DNA of 64,000 nt from Minisyncoccota bacterium (GCA_035549255.1 DASZRD010000006.1:18546-82545); one strand, 5' to 3'. Numbered from the stretch's first letter, positions 36,178-46,648 are shown. Program-made: numbers and translations. Notes: a model not told the origin generated them from the letters alone.

Positions 36178-37303
36178 TCCTCCGGCAGTAGATCCCAAGA
36201 GTTTCCTGCTGCCCAAAAAAGAGACTGCAGCCCCCGACACCGCTCAGCGCGTAAACGCCGGCGCGCTTTTGGCGCAGGAGGAGGCCGCGGCGACACAACC
36301 TCTCCAGCCCTCGGCTCCTGCCGCCCCAAAACCAGCGCCTATCACCATTACGCCCAAGCCGGCAGGCGGTGTCAGACAGATCGAGACCTATCAGGGCGAC
36401 ATTGAGAACCTGGTTGCCAATAAGAATGTCTCGGTAGTCTCGATCGCCGCCGCCGAGGCGGCGCGACGCGGAAGCAATCAAGAACCCGCTCCAGCCTCCG
36501 CACCGATCGACTGGGGCAGCCTCGGCAAGCGCGCAGGGATGGTTATCGCCGGCATGGTGCTCATCATGGTAGCGGGCGCGGCCGTCTGGTACGTGCTCAG
36601 GCCCGCGCCGTCAGTGCAGATTGCCGCGCCGGAAGACTCGCCATTTATAGAGGTCGATGATACGAAGGTGCTCTCAATCCCGGGCGGATCGATCGACCAT
36701 TCGGATTTTATACAGGCGCTCACGCAACAGCGCGACAACGTACAGGTAAGTTTAGGGCTCATTGAGCGTTTCATATTAGCCACCGCTTCGACCACCGCGG
36801 GAGGTCAACAGGCTTACACGCCCCTTTCAGCAACGGACGTATTGTCCCTGCTCTCGCCCGACGTGCCGTCAAGCCTCCTGCGGTCGATCGACCCGACACA
36901 GTACCTCCTCGGCGTGCATGCCTACGACGGCAATCAGGCGCTCCTTATATTCAAGGCGACGTCGTACGAAGGAGCCTACGCCGGCATGCTCGAATGGGAG
37001 AAGGACATGCGGGCCGACCTCTCGCCGCTTTTCCTGCGCATGCCCCCGGTCGCGATCAATACCGACACCGGGAGCTCTACGGCAAGTTCGACGCCGGAAG
37101 AAACGCCCAGCGTCACTACGACCGGCTTCGTGGACATGGTGCTCGAGAACCACGACGTGCGCGCGATCACCGACAGCGCGGGGAATATCCTCATGCTCTG
37201 GAGCGCGCTCGACCGGCAGACCTTCGTCATCACCACCAACGAAGCGACGCTGCGCGAAGTCATCTCAAGGCTCCAGAACCCCGCGATCGTCCCGACGCCG
37301 TAG
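36128..37303 (+). CDS. Hypothetical single-pass membrane protein
   Basis: Pro/Ala-rich N-terminus, IETYQGD motif, central TM helix, globular C-terminus; overlaps pnp end by 50 nt. Confidence 0.75.
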   Translation: MPQDPIVPSAPQGGSSNPPAVDPKSFLLPKKETAAPDTAQRVNAGALLAQEEAAATQPLQPSAPAAPKPAPITITPKPAGGVRQIETYQGDIENLVANKNVSVVSIAAAEAARRGSNQEPAPASAPIDWGSLGKRAGMVIAGMVLIMVAGAAVWYVLRPAPSVQIAAPEDSPFIEVDDTKVLSIPGGSIDHSDFIQALTQQRDNVQVSLGLIERFILATASTTAGGQQAYTPLSATDVLSLLSPDVPSSLLRSIDPTQYLLGVHAYDGNQALLIFKATSYEGAYAGMLEWEKDMRADLSPLFLRMPPVAINTDTGSSTASSTPEETPSVTTTGFVDMVLENHDVRAITDSAGNILMLWSALDRQTFVITTNEATLREVISRLQNPAIVPTP

Positions 37304-37343
37304 CAAAAGTTGCGCTGACGCTCTGCCTTGGTACTATTGAGCC

Positions 37344-37661
37344 ATGCAAACCGAACACTTCAAGCAGAAGCTCGAGGAAGAATTGAAAACTCTCGACACG
37401 CAGATCGCGGATAACGCAGACGCGCCGCACGAGGAAGATGCGAGCGCGACCGAGCCCGACGAAGTTGCCGACAAGATCGAGGATTTGGAAGAGGAGCAAG
37501 AAGAGAATGCCGGCCTCAGGGCCCGCCGCAACGATGTCAAAGCTGCGCTTGATAAAATCTCCCGGGGCGCGTATGGTGTGTGCGAAGTAGGCGGGGAACC
37601 TATTGAAGAAGATCGTCTTGAAGCAGACCCGGCAGCGCGGACCTGCACGAAGCATATGTAG
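37344..37661 (+). CDS. DksA/TraR family protein
   Basis: Acidic coiled coil then ALDKISRGAYGVCEVGGEPIEEDRLEADPAARTCTKH. Confidence 0.88.
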   Translation: MQTEHFKQKLEEELKTLDTQIADNADAPHEEDASATEPDEVADKIEDLEEEQEENAGLRARRNDVKAALDKISRGAYGVCEVGGEPIEEDRLEADPAARTCTKHM

Positions 37662-37706
37662 TTTGAGTTCGTTGGGGAACCAGCCGTTATCAATTTTCAT
37701 AACGGC

Positions 37707-39251
37707 ATGCACTACGCTAGCGTCTACGGCGCGCAGACTTCTCTGCTCTCGCCGTACTTAGTTTCGATAGAAACCGACCTCTCGCGCGGCCTCCACGCCT
37801 TCACGATCGTCGGGCTGCCCGACAAGGCAGTTGAAGAATCGCGCGACCGCGTCGCGGCAGCTATAAAGCACAGCGGGTTTGATAGTCCAAAATCGCGCAA
37901 CCAGAAGGTCGTCATCTCCCTCGCACCCGCCGACCTCAAGAAAGAAGGGCCGCTTTTTGATTTGCCCATCGCGCTCTCGTATCTCCTCGCCGCAGAAGAT
38001 ATCACGTTCGACCCGGAGCCGTACGTATTCATCGGCGAGCTGGCGCTCGACGGGACGCTCCGCGCAGTGCGCGGCGTACTACCGCTGGTAAACGAAGCGA
38101 AGAAGCAAGGGAAAAGGGCAGTCTTCGTGCCGAAGGAAAATGTCGAGGAAGCGGCGCTCGTGGGCGGCATCGATATCTTCGGCGCAGAAACGCTCGCCGA
38201 CGTTATCGCGCACCTCAACACGCGCACAAGCGACGACCCTAAGAAGCCTGCGAAGAAATTGATTCCCGCGGTGCAGACGAAAGTAGAGCCAGATTTTGCG
38301 GAAGGGAAGTTTGCGCTCGAGGACATCCGCGGCCAGGCGGGCGCCAAGCGCGCGGCCATTATCGCCGCTGCCGGCGGCCACAACCTCGGCCTCTCGGGGC
38401 CGCCGGGCACAGGGAAGACCATGCTCGCCCGCGCGCTGGCCTCGGTCCTCCCGCCGCTTACCTTCGATGAGCTCATGGAGGTGAACTCGATACATTCGGT
38501 CGCGGGGATTCTGCGCGGCAGCCTCATCACAATGCCGCCGATGCGCAGCCCGCACCATACGGCTTCATACGTTTCGATCGTCGGCGGCGGGGCAAACCCG
38601 CGCCCCGGCGAGGCGACGCTCGCGCATCGCGGCGTGCTCTTCCTCGACGAGTTTCCGGAGTTCGAGCGCCGCGTCATCGAGGCGCTGCGCCAGCCGATGG
38701 AAGATCGGATCATTTCTGTTTCTCGCGCACGCGGCACGGCGCAATTTCCGGCTCGTTTCACGCTCGTAGCCGCGATGAACCCGTGCCCCTGCGGCAACTA
38801 CGGCCACCCCGAGATCGCGTGTACTTGCACGCCGCTTGCACTCGAGCGTTATCGCCGCAAGATTTCTGGCCCGATCAATGACCGCATCGACCTCTGGGTC
38901 ACGATGGGACCGGTTGAGCTGGGCGAGCTTGGCAAAAGAAATAAAGAGGGGACAGAAACCCTGTCGGCGCGCGAACAAGTCACGCGTGCCAGAGCGATGC
39001 AGCAAAAAAGATTCGGCAAGGAAGGGAAGCTTAACAGCGAGCTTAGCCCGCGAGAACTCGACGACCTCGTACCGCTCTCGCCAAAAGTCCGCTCGACCCT
39101 TGAGGCAGCGGGCATGCGGCTGGCGCTTAGTCCGCGCGCATTCCACCGCGTTATCAAAGTCGCGCGCACGATTGCAGACCTCGACGGCAGCGAAGAGCTC
39201 ACCGAGTCGCATGCATTAGAAGCGCTCCAGTACCGCGAACGAAAAAGTTAA
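37707..39251 (+). CDS. comM: ComM/YifB Mg-chelatase-like AAA+ helicase
   Basis: IVGLPDKAVEES, GELALDG, GPPGTGKT, RSPHH, LFLDEFPEF, AMNPCPCG. Confidence 0.95.
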   Translation: MHYASVYGAQTSLLSPYLVSIETDLSRGLHAFTIVGLPDKAVEESRDRVAAAIKHSGFDSPKSRNQKVVISLAPADLKKEGPLFDLPIALSYLLAAEDITFDPEPYVFIGELALDGTLRAVRGVLPLVNEAKKQGKRAVFVPKENVEEAALVGGIDIFGAETLADVIAHLNTRTSDDPKKPAKKLIPAVQTKVEPDFAEGKFALEDIRGQAGAKRAAIIAAAGGHNLGLSGPPGTGKTMLARALASVLPPLTFDELMEVNSIHSVAGILRGSLITMPPMRSPHHTASYVSIVGGGANPRPGEATLAHRGVLFLDEFPEFERRVIEALRQPMEDRIISVSRARGTAQFPARFTLVAAMNPCPCGNYGHPEIACTCTPLALERYRRKISGPINDRIDLWVTMGPVELGELGKRNKEGTETLSAREQVTRARAMQQKRFGKEGKLNSELSPRELDDLVPLSPKVRSTLEAAGMRLALSPRAFHRVIKVARTIADLDGSEELTESHALEALQYRERKS

Positions 39252-39359
39252 ATGGGTTTCTTTCCTCCGACATTGAACACAAAGATTGTAGGGGAAATGG
39301 CACGGAAAAAATCATCAGGAAGAATATGCTGATGTATATTCCGAAGACACTGGTATGAC

Positions 39360-40790
39360 TTACATCAGTAGAAAGTAGTCGAGCGGTAGTTTAACGACGT
39401 TGTCTTCCTTAGAGAGCATGAGGTCGGTAGTACAAACCACGACACCGAAATCGGTTTTGTAGTTTTTCATTGTCTGCTTTGCCTGCTCATAACCCTTTCT
39501 TCCGATACCCACCTCAAAAGCAATCTGCTTCTTGTTCGCGATTTGGAGGATGAAGTCAGCGCCACCTTGTGACACGTCGTAGGTCAGCGTTCCTGTGCGA
39601 GTAGCGACAAACTCACGGTAAAAGTGAAGTCCTGCAACATCCTCCAAGAATTTTCCACGTCTCCCCATAAAGGTTTCTCCAATGCCCGTCACATTCAATA
39701 GTGCAGCGCGCATCGCAGGACTCATAAATAGGTACTTAGCAGGCTTCCTTGCCTGTGCTGCGTTAGAACCCTGAGCTGGGACCTTGATGATGAGCTCTGC
39801 TTTTTCCAGCGCATCAAGCACGGCTTGTATAGTGTTATAGCTTATTTTGAGAATATTGCTCGCCTTGTTCGCACTAAGTACATCGCCCTCAGCCATCATA
39901 AAGAGCAGTCGCTTGGCAGCACTCAGCGTTGCAGCATCAAACTGACCAAGGTCTTTAATATCCTTATCTATGATGCGATCGAGAAGAATGCTGATGTTGT
40001 CATACGCACTCGGTGTAAGCTCCTTCAGGGTAAACGGAAGCGTGCCGTTCATGAGGTATTCGTTGATGTCTGAGCGGTCAAAACGCGCCCACTGAGCGGC
40101 CACTGTTGATTCGAGCTTCTTCAGACGATTGAACGCATCCTCTGCGCTTGCCGCTTCGTACAAAGCTTCCTTTATCTGATTCTTGAGACCAGCGGAAGGA
40201 AACTTATTATTCTTAATCATCTGATACTCGCCAAAGCTGAGCGGGTACAACTTCTCGAACTTCGCACGTCGTGCAACATCAGGATTGGACTGGAGAGAAA
40301 CAGCGGAGGAACCTGTCGTAAATATAAAAATGTTTCTTGCGCGATCATGCAAAGATTTCAGTACTGCCGCCCAGTTCTTATCTTGCTGCACTTCGTCTAT
40401 GAATAGAAGAGTGGGGCGATCCAACTTCTCGAATGGCACATTGAGTACGTATTCATACGCATCGAGAGCATCGGTGAGCGAAAGACCACGTGTGACCAGG
40501 TCATCAGTCGAGAAATATAGAAAATTTGCAGCCGTCGGTACCGTGTTCCTCTTCGTGCTCAGGAATACTTGCGCCATGACGGTAGTTTTGCCGACGCCGC
40601 GGAGTCCCGGTACCACAACCCAGCGATAATCACGTTCGCCTTTCAAGAAGTCACGAACGTATTTCATAACCTTGATAACCATGTGTCGTTCAGGGTAGGT
40701 GAAGGTCGGACTCTTGAAGACATACGGAACAAGCCGGGCTTCGCCTCGGTTTATCTGCTCCTGTATGTATGTTACGGCTTCAGTTTTCAT
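39360..40790 (-). CDS. AAA_14/DUF4143-type ATPase with wHTH and C-terminal nuclease-like segment
   Basis: GLRGVGKTT, FIDEVQ, TGSS, LYPLSFGEY, KYLF, ADFI...FEV; visibly AT-richer than neighbours. Confidence 0.85.
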   Translation of the reverse strand: MKTEAVTYIQEQINRGEARLVPYVFKSPTFTYPERHMVIKVMKYVRDFLKGERDYRWVVVPGLRGVGKTTVMAQVFLSTKRNTVPTAANFLYFSTDDLVTRGLSLTDALDAYEYVLNVPFEKLDRPTLLFIDEVQQDKNWAAVLKSLHDRARNIFIFTTGSSAVSLQSNPDVARRAKFEKLYPLSFGEYQMIKNNKFPSAGLKNQIKEALYEAASAEDAFNRLKKLESTVAAQWARFDRSDINEYLMNGTLPFTLKELTPSAYDNISILLDRIIDKDIKDLGQFDAATLSAAKRLLFMMAEGDVLSANKASNILKISYNTIQAVLDALEKAELIIKVPAQGSNAAQARKPAKYLFMSPAMRAALLNVTGIGETFMGRRGKFLEDVAGLHFYREFVATRTGTLTYDVSQGGADFILQIANKKQIAFEVGIGRKGYEQAKQTMKNYKTDFGVVVCTTDLMLSKEDNVVKLPLDYFLLM

Positions 40791-40795
40791 ATTTC

Positions 40796-40866
40796 TACTT
40801 ATTCAGTTGGTTGAATAAGTAAACCAACTTACTTAGTCATTCTATTGAATAAGTAAGTTCTGTCAA
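40796..40866 (-). promoter_or_regulatory. Promoter overlapped by two operator-like inverted repeats
   Basis: TACTTATTCA-N6-TGAATAAGTA (40796-40821) and TACTTAGTCA-N6-TGAATAAGTA (40830-40855); TTGACA-16-TAGAAT on minus strand. Confidence 0.75.
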
Positions 40867-41334
40867 GGACATATCCTTATAAACAAGGATATTTTTGCCT
40901 ACTTACTTTTTATCCACATATCCACAAAAGGCCTCAAAATAACGGTTTTCATGAAAAAGAACATTGCTGCGCTTAACGATACTACCACTTTGCAAACCGA
41001 CCGTCCTAACAGTTGTCTCGAATAAACCCCGGCGCGGACGCCGGGGTCAGGAACGGAAAGAGATGATCGGTCACTGGCTACGCTTGGCAGCGAGGCGCTC
41101 GGCCTCAATTTCTGCGGCAGTGACGATATCGAGTGTGCCACGCGCATCGGCAGGCAACTCGGTTGCGTCATCACACATGAAACGGAATGCGTGATCGGGC
41201 GGCAGATCAAGCCGCGCGTCGTGAAGTGGTTGGATCTTTTGTATCACCGCTCTATCCGCTGTTGGTGAAAGGGCTTACATTTCGACCTTACCATACTTTG
41301 GTTTCGAGTAACATTTCTGCTAGTATGAGCGTGC

Positions 41335-42183
41335 GTGAAAAAGATTTGGATATACATCGGGCTTGGCGTACTTGGCGTCTTTGCACTTATCGGCGTCCTC
41401 TTTACGGGAGTATATATCGCCATGCAATTTAATCTCCTTAATGTGCGCGGCTCCATCGCCGAGCGCAACGCATTTTTCTTGGGTTCAGCGACCTCGACGG
41501 TCGCCAAGCAGCCGTGCGACGATGTCACACAGACCATCTGCGCGTGGAATGACACGCCCGAGTGGGCGGTCGTTAAAGGCGGCCTTACGAAAGACGCGTC
41601 GGTAATTGCGCGCGTCTCCCAGGAAACCGGGGTCGACCAGCGCATGATCGCGGCGGTCGTCGTACCAGAGCAGATACGCTTCTTCACCTCAAACAGGGAA
41701 GTGTTCAAGCGCTACTTCGAGCCGCTCAAGATTTTGGGCTCGCTATCGCAATTCTCGCTCGGCGTCTCGGGTATCAAGGAAGATACCGCGAAGGCGATCG
41801 AAGCATACGCGGGAGATCCGACATCGCCCTTTTATCCGGGCGACGGCATAGCTGCGCTCATTGCATATCCTGCAGGTGTCGACCACGACGAGGAACTCTA
41901 CAACCGCCTCACTGATGCAAAAGATCATTATTATTCAATCCTCTATACCGCGCTCTATATCAAAGAGATCGAGGCCCAATGGGCGCGCGCTGGCTACGAC
42001 GTATCGAAGAATCCCGGCGCGATCACGACGCTCTTTAATATCGGCTTCGGCGCATCGCACCCGAACCCCAACCCTCAAGCCGCCGGCGCGGCGATCGTAG
42101 TTGGCGGCCACACGTACACGTACGGCGAACTCGGCGCAGACTTCTACACCTCAGACGAGCTCACGGATATATTCCCCGAATAA
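41335..42183 (+). CDS. Membrane-anchored protein, possibly DUF1402/lysozyme-like fold
   Basis: N-terminal TM; IAAVVVPEQ, SLGVSGIK, NPGAITTLFNIG recall lytic-transglycosylase-like motifs. Confidence 0.6.
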   Translation: MKKIWIYIGLGVLGVFALIGVLFTGVYIAMQFNLLNVRGSIAERNAFFLGSATSTVAKQPCDDVTQTICAWNDTPEWAVVKGGLTKDASVIARVSQETGVDQRMIAAVVVPEQIRFFTSNREVFKRYFEPLKILGSLSQFSLGVSGIKEDTAKAIEAYAGDPTSPFYPGDGIAALIAYPAGVDHDEELYNRLTDAKDHYYSILYTALYIKEIEAQWARAGYDVSKNPGAITTLFNIGFGASHPNPNPQAAGAAIVVGGHTYTYGELGADFYTSDELTDIFPE

Positions 42184-42197
42184 AAAACGGGAGAAAT

Positions 42198-43313
42198 TTA
42201 ATTAGCGAAAGGATTCTGCGCGCCGCGGACTTCGAAATGGAGATGGTTGCCGGTTGCCTCGCCGGTCATGCCAACCTTGCCTATAGTCTGGCCCTGAACA
42301 ACCTGGTCGCCGACCGATGCGAGCACCTGGCTCATGTGCGCGTAGAGCGTCTGCGTGCCGTTGGAATGCTGAATGACGACGTAGTTGCCATAGCCGCCGT
42401 TCCACGCGCCGTTATTCTTGGCGACAATAACCGTACCTGCAGCCGCAGCAAAGATCGATGTCCCCTTGGGCGCGCCGATATCGACGGCGTTCCAGCCGTG
42501 GAGCCCCTGCGTGATGATGCCGCCGTCCAGAGGCCAGGCGAAGTAGCCGGGGATCGCCGGCCCGCTGCCGCCGAGATAGGGCTCCGTGGTCGCACCGCTC
42601 GCAATGCTCTTGATGGCGGCCGTGTGCGACGACGAAGCGGAGGGCGCTTTGGTAGAACTTGGCGTCGAGGCAATGACGCCGTCCGGTATGATAACGACCG
42701 TTCCTACGGCAAGCGTTGAAGAAGCGTCAAGATTGTTATAATCCGCAATATCGCGGGCGTTTGATTTATATTTGGTAGCAAGATTGGCAATAGTGTCTCC
42801 TGCCACGACCGTGTGTCTGATGCCCGTAACAGGAAGGATGATAAGCTCCTCGCCCGGGTGGATAACCCCGCCTTGGATATCGTTGGCCCAGACGATGGTA
42901 TTGACTGAGACATTGAACATCGCCGCGATGCCGGACAAGTTGTCGCCGCTGCGGACGGTGTAGACGCTGATTTGCGAAGACTGCGGGGTATCTTCGGTAT
43001 CCGACACGACACCCGAGGGGCCGTCGGCAGGCACCAGTGCGCTGCCATCAACAACCGTAATATCCCCGCCGCCCTTGGCAGGGTTGGGGTCGAGATTCAC
43101 CGCCGGCTCGAGGAGCGCCATGGTCTGAGAGTTCGACGCAGTGGTATCAGCGCTGGCTAATTGGGCCGACTTTTCAAAGAGGAGCGTAAAGATCGAGAGC
43201 ATGCCCGCCTGCGCAAAGAGGGGAACTGCAAGCATAGAAATAGACGCCAAACCCAGTGAGAGCTTGAAAAATAAGGCGTTTTTAGCCTTCTTCGGGAAAT
43301 ATGGCTTAACCAC
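42198..43313 (-). CDS. LysM + M23 family peptidoglycan endopeptidase
   Basis: Two LysM repeats (YTVRSGDNL, HTVVAGDTI); HGWNAVD, GYGN, YAHM, HLHFEV. Confidence 0.93.
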   Translation of the reverse strand: MVKPYFPKKAKNALFFKLSLGLASISMLAVPLFAQAGMLSIFTLLFEKSAQLASADTTASNSQTMALLEPAVNLDPNPAKGGGDITVVDGSALVPADGPSGVVSDTEDTPQSSQISVYTVRSGDNLSGIAAMFNVSVNTIVWANDIQGGVIHPGEELIILPVTGIRHTVVAGDTIANLATKYKSNARDIADYNNLDASSTLAVGTVVIIPDGVIASTPSSTKAPSASSSHTAAIKSIASGATTEPYLGGSGPAIPGYFAWPLDGGIITQGLHGWNAVDIGAPKGTSIFAAAAGTVIVAKNNGAWNGGYGNYVVIQHSNGTQTLYAHMSQVLASVGDQVVQGQTIGKVGMTGEATGNHLHFEVRGAQNPFAN

Positions 43314-43507
43314 CGAAGAAGGGTCTGTTTTTTGGGGAGCTATAAGCCTAAATTAACCAGAATTTCACCCTTTTCTGTCAATAAATGGCTTGGTTGAGCC
43401 ATTTAATCCTCCGTTCATACCGCACTTACCCACTATACCGAAGTGAGAGGGAGGGTCAACGTAGTTAAAATTGCCCTGTGGATAACTCGCCCCGATGGTA
43501 TATATGA

Positions 43508-45430
43508 GTGATGGAGCATCTTTCAGGACTCAACGAGGCTCAAAAGGAGGCGGTTTTGACGACCGACGGGCCGCTTTTGGTGCTCGCGGGCGCCGGGGCG
43601 GGGAAGACGCGCGTCATTACACACCGGATACTCGAAATCGTGCGAAAGGGTACGGCGCCCGAGCATATTCTGGCGATCACGTTTACCAACAAGGCCGCCG
43701 CCGAGATGCGCGAGCGCGCCATGGCGCTCTTGCGCGGCAATGCCGACCTGGCGCGCCCCGCTTTCGAAGTCGCCCGGCCGCCATTTATATCGACCTTCCA
43801 CTCGCTGGGACTCACTTTAATTAAGGAAAACTCGAAATTGCTCGGCTTTAAGCGCTCGCCGGCCATCTACGACCGTGCGGATTCCATGCGCGCCATCAAG
43901 GAGGCGCTCAAATCCGTGGGCCTCGAGGAAATCGAGCCGAGAGCGGCGCTCTCGTTCATTTCGCGCAACAAGGGGGAGGGGGTACGCGCGAGCGAGTTTG
44001 AGAGCGAGAGCCCCTACGAGCGCTCGATCGCCGGCGTGTGGCTTGCCTACGAACGGGCGCTCGCCCAGGACGGCGCGCTCGACTTCGATGACCTCCTGCT
44101 GCGCGCGCTTATCCTGCTGCGCGACAACCCGGAGGCGCGCGCCAGGTACCAGAAGCGCTGGCCCTACATCCTTATTGACGAGTATCAGGACACTAACCGC
44201 ATCCAGGCAGAGATGGTTGAGCTCCTGGTCGGCGAGAATAAAAATATCTGCGCGGTCGGCGACATCGACCAGACCATCTACGGCTGGCGCGGCGCGCAGA
44301 TCGCCAACATACTCTCGTTCGAAAAGACCTATCCGGGCGCAAAAGTAATTTTGCTCGAGGAGAACTACCGCTCGACTAAGAATATACTTTCGGCGGCCAA
44401 CGATGTGATCGCCAAGAACATGTACCGCCGCGAGAAGAACCTCTATACCAAAAATGCCGACGGGGATCTCATATCCTTCTACCAGGCGTTCGACGAGGGG
44501 GACGAAGGGCAGTTTATCGCGCGAACGATACGGGAGAAGGTGCGGGCCGGCGCGCAACCCAAGGACTTCTGCGTGCTCTATCGCGCCAACTTCCAATCGC
44601 GCGCGATCGAAGAAGCGCTGCTCAACTCGGATATCTCCTACCAGGTGCTCGGGACGAAGTTCTTCGAGCGCAAAGAAGTGAAGGATGCGCTCTCATTCAT
44701 CCGCGCGGCGCTCTATGAGACGTCGGCCGACGTTGCGCGCGTCGCGAACGTCCCGCCGCGCGGCATCGGCAAAGTGACGCTCCTCAAGATGCTCGGGGGA
44801 TTCGAGAGCGAGATTGCCGGCGCAACGGGGGAGAAGGTGCGGGCATTTAGGACGCTGCTTAAGAAGATACGCGATGCCGCGGAGAGACTGCTGCCCTCGC
44901 AGCTCGTGCAATTTGTCATGATCGAGACTGGCATGGAGCGTACGTACAAGGAAGACATGCAGGAGGGCGGCGAGCGCCTGGAGAACGTGCGCGAGCTGGT
45001 CTCGCTCGCAACGCGGTGGGATGCGGCGAGCGAGACGCCGATCGAATGTACGGAGAAATTCCTAGAGTCCGCCGCACTTCAGTCCGATCAAGATGAGTTG
45101 AAGGATGAGCAAAACGCCGTGCGCCTCATGACGGTGCACGCGGCCAAGGGGCTTGAGTTCCCGCACGTGTTCATCACTGGCTTAGAAGAAGGACTTTTCC
45201 CGTATGAGCGCGACGAGGGGGATGCGGCCGACAAGGAGGAGGAGCGCCGCCTCATGTACGTGGCGCTCACCCGCGCACGCGAGAAGGTGTACCTAAGCTA
45301 TGCCTCCTATCGCACGGTCTTCGGCTCCAAGAACGCGACCATCCCTTCGCAATTCCTCTCCGACATACCCGAGGGCCTCCTTGAGTATGAGGCGCCGGAG
45401 CGTATCGGCCGCACGATTTACCTCGACTAG
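43508..45430 (+). CDS. pcrA: UvrD/PcrA helicase
   Basis: AGAGAGKT, TFTNKAA, DEYQDTN, ENYRS, MTVHAAKGLEF, EERRLMYVALTRA. Confidence 0.96.
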   Translation: MMEHLSGLNEAQKEAVLTTDGPLLVLAGAGAGKTRVITHRILEIVRKGTAPEHILAITFTNKAAAEMRERAMALLRGNADLARPAFEVARPPFISTFHSLGLTLIKENSKLLGFKRSPAIYDRADSMRAIKEALKSVGLEEIEPRAALSFISRNKGEGVRASEFESESPYERSIAGVWLAYERALAQDGALDFDDLLLRALILLRDNPEARARYQKRWPYILIDEYQDTNRIQAEMVELLVGENKNICAVGDIDQTIYGWRGAQIANILSFEKTYPGAKVILLEENYRSTKNILSAANDVIAKNMYRREKNLYTKNADGDLISFYQAFDEGDEGQFIARTIREKVRAGAQPKDFCVLYRANFQSRAIEEALLNSDISYQVLGTKFFERKEVKDALSFIRAALYETSADVARVANVPPRGIGKVTLLKMLGGFESEIAGATGEKVRAFRTLLKKIRDAAERLLPSQLVQFVMIETGMERTYKEDMQEGGERLENVRELVSLATRWDAASETPIECTEKFLESAALQSDQDELKDEQNAVRLMTVHAAKGLEFPHVFITGLEEGLFPYERDEGDAADKEEERRLMYVALTRAREKVYLSYASYRTVFGSKNATIPSQFLSDIPEGLLEYEAPERIGRTIYLD

Positions 45431-45432
45431 CC

Positions 45433-46209
45433 ATGTTTGAAAAAAAGAAATCGCTCGGGCAAAACTTCCTTACCTCAACGCATTACCTTGCCCTGATCGC
45501 AGACACCGCGCGCCTTGAAAAAGATGAATGGGCGCTTGAGATCGGCCCGGGGGAGGGAACGCTTACGCAAGAGTTACTCGCGCGCGGCGCGAATGTCGTC
45601 GCGGTCGAGAAAGATCACCGGCTCATACCGATCCTCGCTGAAAAATTTGCACAGGAATTAGGTGAGGGAAGGCTCTCGCTCATCGAGGGCGACGCGCTCG
45701 AGAAAAATATCGAGATCGTCGAGCCGTATAAACTCGTAGCAAACATCCCGTATTATGTGACCGGCGCTATACTCGAGAAGTTTCTCTCGCACGAACATCA
45801 GCCAACGAGCGCGGTACTCTTGGTGCAAAAAGAGGTTGCGGAGAGAATCGCGCGCGAGAAGAAGGAGAGCATCCTCTCGCTCTCGGTTAAGGCGTATGGT
45901 AACCCAAAATATATAAAGACGGTTCCTGCGGGAGCGTTCTCTCCGCCGCCCAAGGTAGACTCGGCGATACTTTCTATAGAAAATATTTCTCGAGCGAATT
46001 TTACAGACCGCGCGCACGAGAAAAAATTCTTCGACCTTCTGCACGCCGGCTTCGCGCATAAGCGCAAGCTTTTAGCACGCAACCTTGAAGCGGTGCTAGG
46101 CGACAAAGCGGCAGGCGCGCTCGCAAGCGCGAACATCGCCGCGAACGTGCGCGCGGAGGACGTGCCGCTCAAGGGGTGGCTTGAGCTCGCAAGATTTAGA
46201 TACCGATAA
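45433..46209 (+). CDS. rsmA: 16S rRNA m6,2A dimethyltransferase
   Basis: KKSLGQNFL, LEIGPGEG, ANIPY, QKEVAER, PPPKVDSA. Confidence 0.97.
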   Translation: MFEKKKSLGQNFLTSTHYLALIADTARLEKDEWALEIGPGEGTLTQELLARGANVVAVEKDHRLIPILAEKFAQELGEGRLSLIEGDALEKNIEIVEPYKLVANIPYYVTGAILEKFLSHEHQPTSAVLLVQKEVAERIAREKKESILSLSVKAYGNPKYIKTVPAGAFSPPPKVDSAILSIENISRANFTDRAHEKKFFDLLHAGFAHKRKLLARNLEAVLGDKAAGALASANIAANVRAEDVPLKGWLELARFRYR

Positions 46210-46606
46210 CGGGTATTGATCCGCCCGGGAAACTCGTACCAATATAGGTCATGCGCTGGCCGTATGAATAACTGAGGAATGTAAAAAGCCCGAACAAGCC
46301 GCCTTTGATCGGGTTCCAGCAGGCGAAGGGTATATCAGCAATACCCAGGATCTGTCCGCCGAGAATCGGCGGCCCAACGAGCATGGTAATCGTCGCTGGA
46401 GTCCAGATGTAATTCTTTACTATGGGGTTAATACCTGTAGACTTCACGCCCACCACCAATGAAGGACCCAAGGGGCTAATGCAAGGCGCTTCAGAGACTA
46501 TTCTTCCGCCAAAGGAGCCGGGTAATAGTTGCGCGGATGCCATCCCCGGGAGCAACAAACTGCCGACAAGCATGAATGCGGGAATAAAACGCAGATATCT
46601 ATGCAT
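46196..46606 (-). CDS. Hypothetical secreted protein (FGG...C motif)
   Basis: Signal peptide ending ASA; two Cys; TATACT 6 nt before ATG. Confidence 0.7.
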   Translation of the reverse strand: MHRYLRFIPAFMLVGSLLLPGMASAQLLPGSFGGRIVSEAPCISPLGPSLVVGVKSTGINPIVKNYIWTPATITMLVGPPILGGQILGIADIPFACWNPIKGGLFGLFTFLSYSYGQRMTYIGTSFPGGSIPVIGI

Positions 46607-46648
46607 GCATACAGTATAGCGCGGAAAAACCCTGCTATACTTTAGTCA

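Noticed and set aside
40899-41270. Small ORFs between the AAA ATPase and 41335
   Set aside because: Short frames on both strands, interrupted by a stop and a GC hairpin (ACCCCGGCG/CGCCGGGGT); possibly a gene remnant, but no call is supportable.
40910-43485. Perfect DnaA boxes at 40910 and 43477 as a second origin
   Set aside because: Isolated boxes in promoter regions; more likely regulatory or chance, and the dnaA-flanking regions fit oriC better.
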